Source of the DNA: an uncultured Craurococcus sp.
Lineage (GTDB): Bacteria > Pseudomonadota > Alphaproteobacteria > Acetobacterales > Acetobacteraceae
DNA: 64,000 nucleotides
Assembly: GCA_902805545.1 (NCBI GenBank)
Contig: CADCTD010000040.1
Span: 5,026-69,025 of the forward strand
Reading direction: 5' to 3'
The notes beneath the pieces were generated by a model. It searched no databases. It was not told the origin of the DNA and worked only from the letters and a program-made list of their open reading frames with translations. This document shows, piece after piece, positions 1 through 9,234 of the stretch (positions within the stretch are counted from its first letter, which is position 1; every line of letters starts with the position of its first letter). A program made the translations under genes and the position numbers.

Positions 1-528
1 CTGCGCCGCATCGACCAGCCCGGCCCCGAGGAACTGCCGCAGCGCCGGCTCGGAGCCGAGGGCGGTGATGCCGAGGAAGCGGCATTTCCCCTGCTCGCGC
101 AGCCGGTGCAGGGCCGGCATCGCCTCGCCGAGGATCTCGGTGAGGGTATAGCCCTCCGCCACCCCGACCGGGTCATGGAGCTGCAGCAGGTCGATGCTGT
201 CCCGGCCGAGGCGCCGCAGGCTCTCCTCCAGCGACGCCGCGATCGCCGCCGGGAGGTCGCGCGGCATGGCCTTCGGCAGGCGGAATTTGGTGCCGATGAC
301 CGGCCGGGCCCCGAGCGCCTTCAGCGCCCTGCCGAGATTCTCCTCGGACGCGCCATTGCCATAGGCGGGCGCGGTATCGACATAGGTGATGCCGGCCTCG
401 AAGGCGCGGGCGAGCGAGCGCTGCTGCTCGCGGGGGCTGCCGCGGACCATCAGCCCGCCGACGGCGCCGGCGCCGTAGCCCAGCACCGAGACCCTCAGCC
501 CGGTTCGCCCCAGGACCCGCTGTTCCAT
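1..528 (-). CDS. aldo/keto reductase family oxidoreductase (partial; C-terminus lies beyond window start)
   Basis: Own translation of the minus strand from ATG at 528-526: MEQRVLGRTGLRVSVLGYGAGAVGG...GITYVDTAPAYGNGASEENLG...SIDLLQLHDP, a typical AKR N-terminal half. The frame stays open to position 1. It is absent from the ORF track because it runs off the edge. Confidence 0.8.
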   Translation of the reverse strand, partial: MEQRVLGRTGLRVSVLGYGAGAVGGLMVRGSPREQQRSLARAFEAGITYVDTAPAYGNGASEENLGRALKALGARPVIGTKFRLPKAMPRDLPAAIAASLEESLRRLGRDSIDLLQLHDPVGVAEGYTLTEILGEAMPALHRLREQGKCRFLGITALGSEPALRQFLGAGLVDAAQ

Positions 529-583
529 GATGACCCTCTCCCCGCTAATGGGACAATAGACGCCGCACCTCGCCTGGAAACCC

Positions 584-2239
584 ATGCTTCGCCTGACCGA
601 ACTGCGCCTGCCGCTGGGCCATGAGCCCGAGCTCCTGCGGGCGGCCATCCTCGCCCGGCTCGGCATCGCCGGGGATGAGCTGCTCGACATCCAGGTCTTC
701 CGCCGCGGGCATGACGCGCGGAAGCCGCGGGCCATCATGTGGGTCTATACCCTCGACCTCACGCTGCGCGACGAGCCAGGGGTGCTGGCGCGGCATGCGG
801 GCGACGCTCATCTCCGCCCGGCGCCGGACACGCGCTACCGCCCCGTGGCCCGCGCGCCGGAGGGGGCGATGCGGCCAGTCGTCATCGGCGCCGGGCCCTG
901 CGGCCTGCTGGCGGCGCTGGTCCTGGCGCAGACGGGCTTCCGCCCCATCATCCTCGAGCGCGGCAAGCTGGTCCGTGAGAGGACGAAGGACACCTGGGGC
1001 CTCTGGCGCCGCGGCGTGCTGGTGCCCGAAAGCAACGTTCAGTTCGGCGAGGGCGGCGCCGGCACCTTCTCCGACGGCAAGCTCTACAGCCAGATCAAGG
1101 ACCCGCGGCATTACGGGCGGAAGGTGCTGACCGAATTCGTCAAGGCCGGCGCGCCGGAGGAGATCCTCTACGTCTCCCGCCCGCATATCGGCACCTTCCG
1201 CCTCGTCTCCATGGTCGAGAGCATCCGTGCCGAGATCGAGCGGCTGGGCGGCGAGTACCGCTTCGGCTGCAGGGTGACGGGCCTGCGCCTCGGTGCGGGA
1301 CGGCAGGTGGAGGGCGTGGTGCTCGAGGGCGGCGACGAGATCGCGGCGAAATCCGTAGTGCTCGCGATCGGCCACAGCGCGCGCGACACCTTCGTCATGC
1401 TGCGCGATGCCGGCGTGCATCTCGAGCAGAAACCCTTCAGCGTCGGCGTCCGCATCGAGCATCCGCAGGGGATGATCGACCGGCTGCGCTGGGGGCCGAA
1501 TGCCGGCAACCCGCTGCTCGGCGCGGCCGACTACAAGCTGGTGCACCATGCGAGGAACGGGCGCAGCGTCTACAGCTTCTGCATGTGCCCGGGCGGCACG
1601 GTGGTGGCGGCGACGAGCGAGCCGGGCCGCGTCGTCACCAACGGGATGAGCCAGTATTCGCGGGCCGAGCGGAATGCGAATGCCGGCATCGTGGTCGGCA
1701 TCTCGCCCGCCGACTATCCGGGCGAAGTGCTGGCGGGCGTCGACTTCCAGCGGCGGCTGGAGAGCGCGGCCTTCCTTGCCGGCGGCGGCGACTACCGGGC
1801 GCCGGGGCAGCTCGTCGGCGATTTCCTGGCCGGGCGTCCCTCGACCACGCTCGGCGATGTGCTGCCGAGCTACAAGCCGGGCGTCACGCCGACCGACCTC
1901 GCCCTCTGCCTGCCCGACTTCGCCGTCGCCGCGATGCGCGAGGCGCTGCTTGCCTTCGACCGGCAGATGCCGGGCTTCGCGCGGCCGGATGCGGTGATGA
2001 CCGGCGTCGAGACGCGGACCAGCAGCCCGATCCGCATCCGCCGCGGCTGGGACTTCCAGAGCCTCAACACCCCCGGCCTCTTCCCGGCCGGCGAGGGCGC
2101 AGGCTATGCGGGCGGCATCCTCAGCGCCGGCGTCGACGGCATCCGCGTGGCGGAGGCGCTGGCACTGCTGGCGACGGGGCAGGAAGTGCCGCGCGAGATG
2201 AGCCGCGGCGTGGAGGCTTCGGAGACGACCTATGGCTGA
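584..2239 (+). CDS. NAD(P)/FAD-dependent oxidoreductase (COG2509-like uncharacterised flavoprotein)
   Basis: 551-aa ORF with dinucleotide-binding VVIGAGPCGLLAAL, plus FSDGKLYS, FCMCPGG and C-terminal GEGAGYAGGI motifs typical of this family. Divergent from the AKR gene. Confidence 0.8.
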   Translation: MLRLTELRLPLGHEPELLRAAILARLGIAGDELLDIQVFRRGHDARKPRAIMWVYTLDLTLRDEPGVLARHAGDAHLRPAPDTRYRPVARAPEGAMRPVVIGAGPCGLLAALVLAQTGFRPIILERGKLVRERTKDTWGLWRRGVLVPESNVQFGEGGAGTFSDGKLYSQIKDPRHYGRKVLTEFVKAGAPEEILYVSRPHIGTFRLVSMVESIRAEIERLGGEYRFGCRVTGLRLGAGRQVEGVVLEGGDEIAAKSVVLAIGHSARDTFVMLRDAGVHLEQKPFSVGVRIEHPQGMIDRLRWGPNAGNPLLGAADYKLVHHARNGRSVYSFCMCPGGTVVAATSEPGRVVTNGMSQYSRAERNANAGIVVGISPADYPGEVLAGVDFQRRLESAAFLAGGGDYRAPGQLVGDFLAGRPSTTLGDVLPSYKPGVTPTDLALCLPDFAVAAMREALLAFDRQMPGFARPDAVMTGVETRTSSPIRIRRGWDFQSLNTPGLFPAGEGAGYAGGILSAGVDGIRVAEALALLATGQEVPREMSRGVEASETTYG

Positions 2240-2262
2240 GGCCGCCTCCATCCCCTGCTGAG

Positions 2263-2604
2263 TTATTCCGCGAGCAGGCTGCCGCGGCCGACGACGATGC
2301 GGCCGACCTGGCAGATATCGACGCTGCGGATTTCCGCCTCGCGCCCGCCGCTCCAGACCACGCGGAAGTCGTAATTGCCGCCGCGGCCGGGGCGGAAGCT
2401 CGCCTTGCGGCCCGGTGTCAGCACATTCTCGCCGAGGCGGTCGCGGCCCCAATTGCTGTCGCTCGTCGGGCCGAAATACAGCTCGTCCACCTGCACGCCG
2501 GAGTTGTTCACCACCTCGATCGAGGTATCGCAGCCTTGAGCGGAGGCTTGGCCGGCGGCGAGGGCGCCGAACAATGCGAGGGACAGGGCAAGACGGCGGA
2601 ACAT
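2263..2604 (-). CDS. small secreted hypothetical protein
   Basis: 113-aa ORF with a clear Sec signal peptide (MFRRLALSLALFGALAAGQASAQG). Codon usage is GC3-rich like its neighbours. No family recognised. Confidence 0.6.
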   Translation of the reverse strand: MFRRLALSLALFGALAAGQASAQGCDTSIEVVNNSGVQVDELYFGPTSDSNWGRDRLGENVLTPGRKASFRPGRGGNYDFRVVWSGGREAEIRSVDICQVGRIVVGRGSLLAE

Positions 2605-2729
2605 GGCTTTCTCCGTGCAACGGGCGGCAGCTTGGCGACCCGTGCCACGGCCCCACGCAGGAGTAGAATTATTTCGTTAGAAAAACACCAAAATTGCGAG
2701 GCTCCATCCAGCGTACCGACGCCGCACCA

Positions 2730-2996
2730 TCAGGGATGGGCATCGCCGCCCGGCAGCTGGTCGCGCATCTCGCGCAGCTCGCCGCTCTCGACGCTCGCCA
2801 GCGCATTGCGCAGCACGCCGGCGATGGAGCGGTCGTCCATCGTCCGCGCCAGCAGGCCGAGCGCGCCGCCGAGCAGGGCGGAGGCCGCCGAGATCGGGGC
2901 GATGTTCTGCTCAAGCATGTACTCGATCGCCTTGTCCACCACCGAGCCGGCGTGGCTGAGATCGTCGGGGGCCACGCCCTGGGGGTCCAATTGCAT
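2730..2996 (-). CDS. hypothetical small protein (88 aa)
   Basis: Internal ATG (M32 of the 119-aa track ORF) is preceded by a GGAG about 8 nt upstream. Sequence begins MQLDPQGVAPDDLSHAGSVVDKAIEYMLEQ. No family recognised. Confidence 0.45.
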   Translation of the reverse strand: MQLDPQGVAPDDLSHAGSVVDKAIEYMLEQNIAPISAASALLGGALGLLARTMDDRSIAGVLRNALASVESGELREMRDQLPGGDAHP

Positions 2997-3138
2997 GCCG
3001 TAAGCTCCTTTTCGAGGCGGCAGATGGGGTTTCCGAGGCCGGTCGAAAACCCCTGGCCTGCATCCTGCCGATCCCAGGCCAGGCATCATGGCGGCGGCGA
3101 GTCACGCCCTCGGCGTTTCCGCTCCGGGCGATCGCCGG

Positions 3139-5007
3139 CTAGTCCGCCGCCGCCTCGCCGAGGCGGATGCGCGGCTGGTCGAGATCGGCCGCGCGCTGGG
3201 CTGCCGCCGCCGCCTCGGCCATGGCGACCGCCTCCGACTGGCGCCGCCACATCTCCGCATAGAGCCCGTCGAGGGCGGTGAGCCCGGCATGGGTGCCGCG
3301 CTCGGCGATCTGCCCGTCCTGCAGCACGATGATCTCGTCCGCCTCCACCACCGTCGAGAGGCGGTGGGCGATGACGAGGGTGGTGCGGTCGGCCGAGATC
3401 TCCCGCAGCGCCGCCTGGATCTCCTGCTCGGTGCGGGTGTCGAGCGCGCTCGTCGCCTCGTCGAGGACGAGGATGCGCGGATCCTTCAGGATGGTCCGCG
3501 CGATGGCGACGCGCTGCTTCTCGCCGCCCGAGAGCTTGAGGCCGCGCTCGCCGACCATGGTGCGGTAGCCCTCCGGCAGCCGCTCGACGAAGTCGTGCAC
3601 CTGGGCGAGCTTCGCCGCGCGGACGATCTCCTCCTCGCTCGCGTCGGGCCGGCCGTAGGCGATGTTGTAGCGGATGGTGTCGTTGAACAGCACCGTGTCC
3701 TGCGGCACCACGCCGATGGCGGCACGCAGCGAGGTCTGGGTCACGCTCTCGATCGGCTGGCCGTCGAGCAGGATGCGCCCGCCCGTCGCGTCGTAGAAGC
3801 GGAAGAGCAGGCGGGAGATGGTCGACTTGCCCGCACCCGTCGGCCCGACGATCGCCAGCGTCTTCCCCGGCGGCACATGGAAGGAGACGCCCTTCAGGAT
3901 CACCCGGTCCGGCCGGTAGCCGAAGCGCACATCCTCGAAGGCCAGCTCGCCCGGCCCGGCAGCCAGCGGGCGCGCATCGGGCGCATCGGCCACCTCGCGC
4001 TCCTCGCGCAACAGCCGGAACATCGCCTCCATGTCGGTGAGCGACTGCTTCATCTCGCGGTAGACGAAGCCGAGGAAGTTGAGCGGCAGGTAGAGCTGGA
4101 TGAGATAGGTGTTCACCAGCACGAAGTCGCCGACCGACATCTGGCCGGAGGCGACGCCGCGGGCCGCCATCAGCATCACCAGCGTCAGGCCGACGGCGAT
4201 GATCGCCGCCTGCCCGCCGTTCAGCATGTTGAGCGTCACCTCGGAGCGGCTGTAGGCCCGCTCGTAGCGCGCGAGCGAGGCGTCGTAGCGCCGCTCCTCA
4301 TGCCCCTCGTTGTTGAAGTACTTCACCGTCTCGTAGTTGAGCAGGCTGTCGATCGCCTTGGTGTTCGCCTCCTGGTCGGTCGCGTTCATCTCGCGGCGGA
4401 AGCGGAGCCGCCAGTCGGTGAACATCAGCGTGAAGGCGATGTAGACGGCGATGGTGCCGAAGGTGACCGCGGCATAGGAGAAATCGAACATCCCCCAGAG
4501 GATCACCGTCACCAGCCCGATCTCGAGGAAGGTCGGGATGATGCTGAACAGCATGAAGTCGAGCACGAAGGTAATGCCGCGCGACCCGCGCTCGATCACC
4601 CGGGAGAGGCCGCCGGTCTGCCGGTCCATGTGGAAGCGCATCGACAGCGCATGCAGGTGCTGGAAGACCTGCAGCGCGATGCGCCGCGAGGCACGGGCCT
4701 GCACCTTCACGAAGACGGCATCGCGCAGCTCGGCGAAGCCGGCGCTCGCCGCGCGCAGCAGGCCGTAGCCGATCACGAGCGCGATGGGGATCGTGGCGAT
4801 GCCGCCCACCTGCGGCCCGAGCGCATCGACGGCGCGGGCATAGACGATGGGGACCAGCACATTGGCCCCCTTCGCCACCACCAGCAGCAGCAGGGCGATC
4901 ACCACCCGGGCGCGCAGCTCGGGCTCGCCCTTCGGCCAGAGCCAGGGAGCGAGGGTCAGCAGCGTCCGGAAATGGCTGCGTTCGGCGGGGACGGCGGATT
5001 GGCTCAT
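3139..5007 (-). CDS. ABC transporter ATP-binding/permease, ABCB (Atm1/heavy-metal exporter-like) half transporter
   Basis: N-terminal 6-TM domain plus Walker A GPTGAGKST, signature LSGGEKQR and Walker B ILVLDEATS. Start chosen at MSQSAVP (M16); the alternative upstream ATG is at 5052. Confidence 0.9.
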   Translation of the reverse strand: MSQSAVPAERSHFRTLLTLAPWLWPKGEPELRARVVIALLLLVVAKGANVLVPIVYARAVDALGPQVGGIATIPIALVIGYGLLRAASAGFAELRDAVFVKVQARASRRIALQVFQHLHALSMRFHMDRQTGGLSRVIERGSRGITFVLDFMLFSIIPTFLEIGLVTVILWGMFDFSYAAVTFGTIAVYIAFTLMFTDWRLRFRREMNATDQEANTKAIDSLLNYETVKYFNNEGHEERRYDASLARYERAYSRSEVTLNMLNGGQAAIIAVGLTLVMLMAARGVASGQMSVGDFVLVNTYLIQLYLPLNFLGFVYREMKQSLTDMEAMFRLLREEREVADAPDARPLAAGPGELAFEDVRFGYRPDRVILKGVSFHVPPGKTLAIVGPTGAGKSTISRLLFRFYDATGGRILLDGQPIESVTQTSLRAAIGVVPQDTVLFNDTIRYNIAYGRPDASEEEIVRAAKLAQVHDFVERLPEGYRTMVGERGLKLSGGEKQRVAIARTILKDPRILVLDEATSALDTRTEQEIQAALREISADRTTLVIAHRLSTVVEADEIIVLQDGQIAERGTHAGLTALDGLYAEMWRRQSEAVAMAEAAAAAQRAADLDQPRIRLGEAAAD

Positions 5008-5088
5008 GCGCCTGGGACATAGGCCCGAACCGCGGCGGGGCAAACGGGCCATATGGCCGGGACCGGCCGCAGGGGTCTAAATCCGGGG

Positions 5089-5943
5089 ATGAACCCCTTC
5101 CTCCGCCATATCGAGGCCTGCAACGACCTCCCCTCCCCGGCCGGCTTCATCCCCTTCCGCATCGGCGGCGCGCAGGTGGGCTGGCTCGGGCCGGAGCTGG
5201 CGCGGGCGCTGACCTTCTTCCCGCGCGACTTCCACTTCGATGCGAGGGGCGTGTCGCTCGCTTCCCGCCTCCGCGGCCCGGCGGCGCGGACCGAGGCGCT
5301 GGCGGCCGTCACCCGCTCGCTCGCCGGGCGCGGCTTCTTCACCCTGCGCGACGAGCCCTTCGACGTGCGGGCGGAGCCGGAGGGGCCGGCGCTGGCACAG
5401 CTCGACCGCGGCGCCATCCCCTCCTTCGGGGTCAGGGCGGCGGGGGTGCATCTCAACGGGCTGGTGCGGCGGGTGGACGGGCTGCAGGTCTGGGTCGGCA
5501 TCCGCGCGCAGAGCAAGCCGGTGGCGCCCGGGCAGCTCGACCATCTGGTGGCAGGCGGCATCCCCGCGGGACTCGACCCGCTGCAATGCCTGGTGAAGGA
5601 AGCGGCCGAGGAGGCATCGATCCCGCCCGAACTGGCCGCCCAGGCGCGGCCGGTGGCCCGCCTGTCCTATGTCATGCGCCATGGCGAGGGGATGCGGCGG
5701 GACATCCTGCACGCCTTCGACCTCGAACTGCCGGAGGATTTCATCCCCGTGCCGGCGGATGGGGAGGTGGAGCGCTTCGAGCTCTGGCCCGCGCCCCGGC
5801 TCTTTGAGGCGGTGCGGGATACGGACGAGGTCAAGTTCAACGTGAACCTGGTGCTGATCGACCTTTTCCTCCGCGAGGGACTGATCGACCCGGCAAGCGA
5901 GGAAGGGCGGATGCTGCGCCAGGGGCTCGACCAGGGGGCATGA
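5089..5943 (+). CDS. NUDIX hydrolase with DUF4743-like N-terminal domain
   Basis: Nudix-box-like GGIPAGLDPLQCLVKEAAEEASIP. Start at MNPFLRHIEACN (M13 of the track ORF). Divergent from the ABC gene. Confidence 0.75.
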   Translation: MNPFLRHIEACNDLPSPAGFIPFRIGGAQVGWLGPELARALTFFPRDFHFDARGVSLASRLRGPAARTEALAAVTRSLAGRGFFTLRDEPFDVRAEPEGPALAQLDRGAIPSFGVRAAGVHLNGLVRRVDGLQVWVGIRAQSKPVAPGQLDHLVAGGIPAGLDPLQCLVKEAAEEASIPPELAAQARPVARLSYVMRHGEGMRRDILHAFDLELPEDFIPVPADGEVERFELWPAPRLFEAVRDTDEVKFNVNLVLIDLFLREGLIDPASEEGRMLRQGLDQGA

Positions 5944-5949
5944 CCGGGT

Positions 5950-5994
5950 GGCCGGCAAGGCCGGCCGGGACGCCCAAGGGGCGCGACCCGTCCC
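5950..5994. terminator. two GC hairpins between convergent genes (possible bidirectional terminator)
   Basis: GGCCGGC-AAG-GCCGGCC (5950-5966) followed by GGGACG-N16-CGTCCC (5967-5994). Located between the NUDIX stop (5943) and the repeat-protein stop (6014). No clear U-tract. Confidence 0.3.
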
Positions 5995-6013
5995 GGATCG
6001 TCAGTCGCCTGGC

Positions 6014-6373
6014 CTACCAGGCATAGGCGGGGCGCCAGGCCACCGGCGGGGGCGGCGCGTAATAGACCGGCGGCGGCGCGTAGTAGACCCGCGGCGGCGG
6101 CGCATAAACCACCGGAGGCGGCGGCGCATAGTAGACCGGCGGCGGCGGGGGCGCCGCATAGGCATTGGCCGCACCGGCCGCCAGCGCCCCGAGCGCCAGG
6201 CCGCCGATCACGCCAGCCACGACGGCGCCGCCACCGCGATGATGGTGCGGGCCGCCCCAGCCATGGCCGCCCCAGCCATAGCCGCCCTGGCGCCAGCCAT
6301 CCGCCTGTGCGGCGGGGGCGGCGAAGCTGGCCGCGGCGATCAGGGCCGCGGCGGCGGCGATACGACACTTCAT
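6014..6373 (-). CDS. secreted Gly/His-rich, Pro/Tyr-repeat (PXPV-like) low-complexity protein
   Basis: Signal peptide MKCRIAAAAALIAAASFAAPAAQA, then GWGGHGWGGPHHHRGGG, a hydrophobic Gly/Ala stretch, then YYAPPPP-type repeats (VYYAPPPPVVYAPPPRVYYAPPPVYYAPPPP). Confidence 0.6.
   Translation of the reverse strand: MKCRIAAAAALIAAASFAAPAAQADGWRQGGYGWGGHGWGGPHHHRGGGAVVAGVIGGLALGALAAGAANAYAAPPPPPVYYAPPPPVVYAPPPRVYYAPPPVYYAPPPPVAWRPAYAW
6042..6160 (-). repeat. about 24-nt in-frame tandem repeats encoding the YYAPPPP(V) units
   Basis: Roughly five degenerate copies of cggcggcggcgcgta(a/g)tagac, visible directly in the sequence. Confidence 0.8.
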
Positions 6374-6460
6374 CCCACAACCCTCCCTGGGTCTGCGGCC
6401 ATGAAACGACCCGATCGTGACAAGCTTATGGCGGGAAACCGGCGGAAAACCGCCGCCGCT

Positions 6461-7426
6461 TCAACTCGATGCGATGGCGACACCGCGCAGGAAGTCGACC
6501 AGCGCATCGTTCACCGGCCCCGGCGCCTCCTGCTGCACCCAATGGCCGATGCCCTCCAGCAGCACGGAGCCGCGCAGCCCCGGCGCCCGCTGCGGCAGCG
6601 CCTCCACCGCCGCCTTCGTCCAGCCGAAGACCGGGTCGAGCGTGCCGGTGATGAAGAGGCTCGGCTGCTCCACCAGTCGCCCCTGGAAGGGCGCCATGAG
6701 CTGCCAGTTGCGATGGATGTTGCGGTACCAGTTCAGCCCGCCGCGGAAGCCGGTGCGGCGGTAGATGGCGGTGAGCGCCGCCAGTTCCGCTGGCGGGAGC
6801 CAGGCGGGCAGGCCCGGCGGCTCGGCGAGGCTGGCGAGGAAGCCGCCCTCCGGCAGGTCCGGCCGCCAGCGCTCCGCCTCGGGCGGGTCGCCGGAGAGGG
6901 ACCAGAGGGTGCGGCGCAGCGTCACCTCCGCATCGCGCTCGAGCTCCGCCTCGGCAACGCCCGGCTCCTGGAAGTGGAGCTGGTAGAAGCGGTGCCGCCC
7001 CGCCCGCCGCAGCGCCTCGACCGGGCTGATGGGCCCGCGCGGGGTGAAGGGCACGCTGAGCCCGGCCACGGCGGGAAAGCGGTCCGGCCGCAGCAGCGCC
7101 GCGTTCCAGGCGACGGGCGCGCCCCAGTCATGCCCGACGATCGCCGCCTGCGGCAGGCCGAGCGCGTCCAGCAGCCCGACCATGTCGCCGGTGAGGTGGA
7201 GGATCGTGTAGTCCTCGATGGCGGCCGGCGCCTCGCTCTCGCCATAGCCGCGCATGTCGGGCGCGATGGCGCGGAAGCCTGCCGCCGCCAGCGCCTCCAT
7301 CTGGTGCCGCCAGGAGCGCCAGGATTCGGGGAAGCCGTGGCAGAGCAGCACCGGCGGCCCCTCGCCCGCCTCCGCGACATGCAGGGTGATGCCGTTCGCG
7401 GCTATGCTCCGGTGGCTGATCGGCAT
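6461..7426 (-). CDS. alpha/beta hydrolase, epoxide hydrolase-like
   Basis: HGFPESW oxyanion motif and GHDWGA nucleophile elbow (Asp nucleophile), typical of epoxide hydrolases. Last gene of a three-gene minus-strand operon. Confidence 0.85.
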   Translation of the reverse strand: MPISHRSIAANGITLHVAEAGEGPPVLLCHGFPESWRSWRHQMEALAAAGFRAIAPDMRGYGESEAPAAIEDYTILHLTGDMVGLLDALGLPQAAIVGHDWGAPVAWNAALLRPDRFPAVAGLSVPFTPRGPISPVEALRRAGRHRFYQLHFQEPGVAEAELERDAEVTLRRTLWSLSGDPPEAERWRPDLPEGGFLASLAEPPGLPAWLPPAELAALTAIYRRTGFRGGLNWYRNIHRNWQLMAPFQGRLVEQPSLFITGTLDPVFGWTKAAVEALPQRAPGLRGSVLLEGIGHWVQQEAPGPVNDALVDFLRGVAIASS

Positions 7427-7437
7427 GGGCGTTCCCC

Positions 7438-8226
7438 CTATTGCGCGAAGTCCGGCGCCTCCGCGGCGAGGATGCGCTTGACGCTCTCGAGGTGCAGCCG
7501 CGCGCTCTCGCGGTCGCCCTCGCGCATCTGCTCATAGGTCTTCTGCGCCAGCTCATGCGGCACCGGCTTGAGCGCGCGGCCGGTGGACATGGCCAGGCGC
7601 TGCGCCTCGCAGGCGCGCTCGAGGTAGTAGAGGTCGTCCCAGGCCTCCGCGATGCTGGGCCCGACCACCATGATGCCGTGGTTCCGCATGAAGACGATGT
7701 CGGCCTCGCCGATGCTGGCGGCGATGCGGTCGCCCTCCGCCTCGTCCAGCGCAAGGCCGGCATATTCCTCGTCGACCACGGTGCGGCCGTAGAATTTCAG
7801 CGCGGTCTGCCCGGCCCAGGCGAGCGGCGGGCCCTCGAGCATGGCAAGCGCCGTCGCATTCGGCATATGGGTGTGGAAGCAGGCCCGGGCGCGCGGCACG
7901 TTCTTGTGGACGCGCGCGTGGATGTAGAAGGCCGTCGCCTCCGGCACGCCCTCCCCGGCCACGACATTGCCGTGGAAGTCGCAGACCAGCAGCCGCGAGG
8001 CCGTGACCTCGGAGAAGGCCCAGCCATAGGGGTTGACGAGGAAGAGGTCCTCCCGCCCCGGCACCATGGCGCTCAGGTGGTTGCAGATGCCCTCATGCAG
8101 GCCGAGCCGCGCCGCCATGCGGAAGCAGGCGGCGAGGTCGATGCGCGCCTGCCGCACCGCGGCGGCGTCGAGGTCGGAGTTGCGCAGGATGGCGGGGGCG
8201 GCCGGTGGGGCGAGGCTATGGGCCAT
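7438..8226 (-). CDS. class II aldolase/adducin family protein
   Basis: LFLVNPYGWAFSEVTASRLLVCD and CFHTHMPNATALA motifs. Start at MAHSLAPP (M20 of the track ORF). Stops 11 nt before the hydrolase start. Confidence 0.85.
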   Translation of the reverse strand: MAHSLAPPAAPAILRNSDLDAAAVRQARIDLAACFRMAARLGLHEGICNHLSAMVPGREDLFLVNPYGWAFSEVTASRLLVCDFHGNVVAGEGVPEATAFYIHARVHKNVPRARACFHTHMPNATALAMLEGPPLAWAGQTALKFYGRTVVDEEYAGLALDEAEGDRIAASIGEADIVFMRNHGIMVVGPSIAEAWDDLYYLERACEAQRLAMSTGRALKPVPHELAQKTYEQMREGDRESARLHLESVKRILAAEAPDFAQ

Positions 8227-8236
8227 GGCGGATCCT

Positions 8237-9121
8237 TCAGGCGGGCGGCATCGCAGGCATGAGCGCCTCATGCCCCGGCGCATAGAGGTTGTTGCTGATC
8301 GCAGGGTTGCGGTTGACCAGCGGGCGGCGGAAGAGCGGATGCGTCATGCTGCGGATTTCGTGCTCCACCTGGAACAGCACCCGCCCGTCCTCCGGGTCGA
8401 CGATGTCGATGAAGCGGTACTGGTGCGGGCTGTCCTCCCGGCTGATGAGGCCGCGCGCGGCGAGCCTGGCATGGACGCCGCCGAAATCGGCGAAGGCGAG
8501 CTGGATGTGGTGGCCGTCATAGGGCGGCTGCGGCGCATCCGTCTCGCGGAAGACGAGGTATTGGCCTGCGGCGACGAGCACCTGCAGCGCCCCCTCCCGC
8601 ATGGCCGCCGGCGCGCCGATGACCTGCTCGTAGAAGCGGGCGATGCCCGGCAGCGTGCCGGGCGGCACGTCGAGCTGCACATAGGGCATGCCGAGGTTGA
8701 TCCGCCCGAAGCGCCCGGCATCCGGCGCATGGACCTGCATCCGGTTGCCCCAGGGGCAGGTGACGGCGACATGGTCCTCCGCCTCGGCGAAGGCATAGCG
8801 CGTGCCCTCCAGCCAGCGGCGGGCGCGGTGGAGCTGGTGCAGCAGCAGCTCCCGCCCCGGCGTCACCAGACCGACCACGCCGCGCAGCACCTGCGCCGGG
8901 CCGGTCGGGAGATGGAACTGGCTGACCCCGGCATTGGCCCACATGTTGTCGAGGCCGGTCATCAGGTAGGGGTCGCGCGTCAGGCCGAGGCCAGTGATGT
9001 AGAAGGCCGTCGCCAGCGCCTGGTCGGGCACGCGGAGATTGACGTGCTGTAGCTCCACCGAATTGCCGAGGCTCTCTCCGGTCCGGTCGAAGGGGCATTC
9101 GACCTTCCGCATCCCGTCCAT
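8237..9121 (-). CDS. hypothetical protein, possible two-module VOC/glyoxalase-like fold
   Basis: Start at MDGMRKVE, preceded by GGAGGAGG. Contains LQHVNLRVPD...FYITGLGL and a second HHIQLAFADFGGVHARL module. The family assignment is only a guess. Confidence 0.55.
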   Translation of the reverse strand: MDGMRKVECPFDRTGESLGNSVELQHVNLRVPDQALATAFYITGLGLTRDPYLMTGLDNMWANAGVSQFHLPTGPAQVLRGVVGLVTPGRELLLHQLHRARRWLEGTRYAFAEAEDHVAVTCPWGNRMQVHAPDAGRFGRINLGMPYVQLDVPPGTLPGIARFYEQVIGAPAAMREGALQVLVAAGQYLVFRETDAPQPPYDGHHIQLAFADFGGVHARLAARGLISREDSPHQYRFIDIVDPEDGRVLFQVEHEIRSMTHPLFRRPLVNRNPAISNNLYAPGHEALMPAMPPA

Positions 9122-9234
9122 CACAGCCTCCTCCGCTCGTGGCAGCGAGCTTCGCGCCGGGTCCGGGCCCATGCAAGGGGTATGAGGCCGGCCGCTTCCG
9201 GCTAGACTGTTGCGGTGCAAGGCGGAGACGGGCC

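Noticed and set aside
545-2656. 703-aa minus-strand ORF covering the flavoprotein gene and its neighbour
   Set aside because: It is the antisense shadow frame of a well-supported plus-strand gene. The composition is Arg/Pro/Gly/Ala-rich and no motifs are present. It also crosses a gene boundary. Such frames are typical of a high-GC genome where stops are rare.
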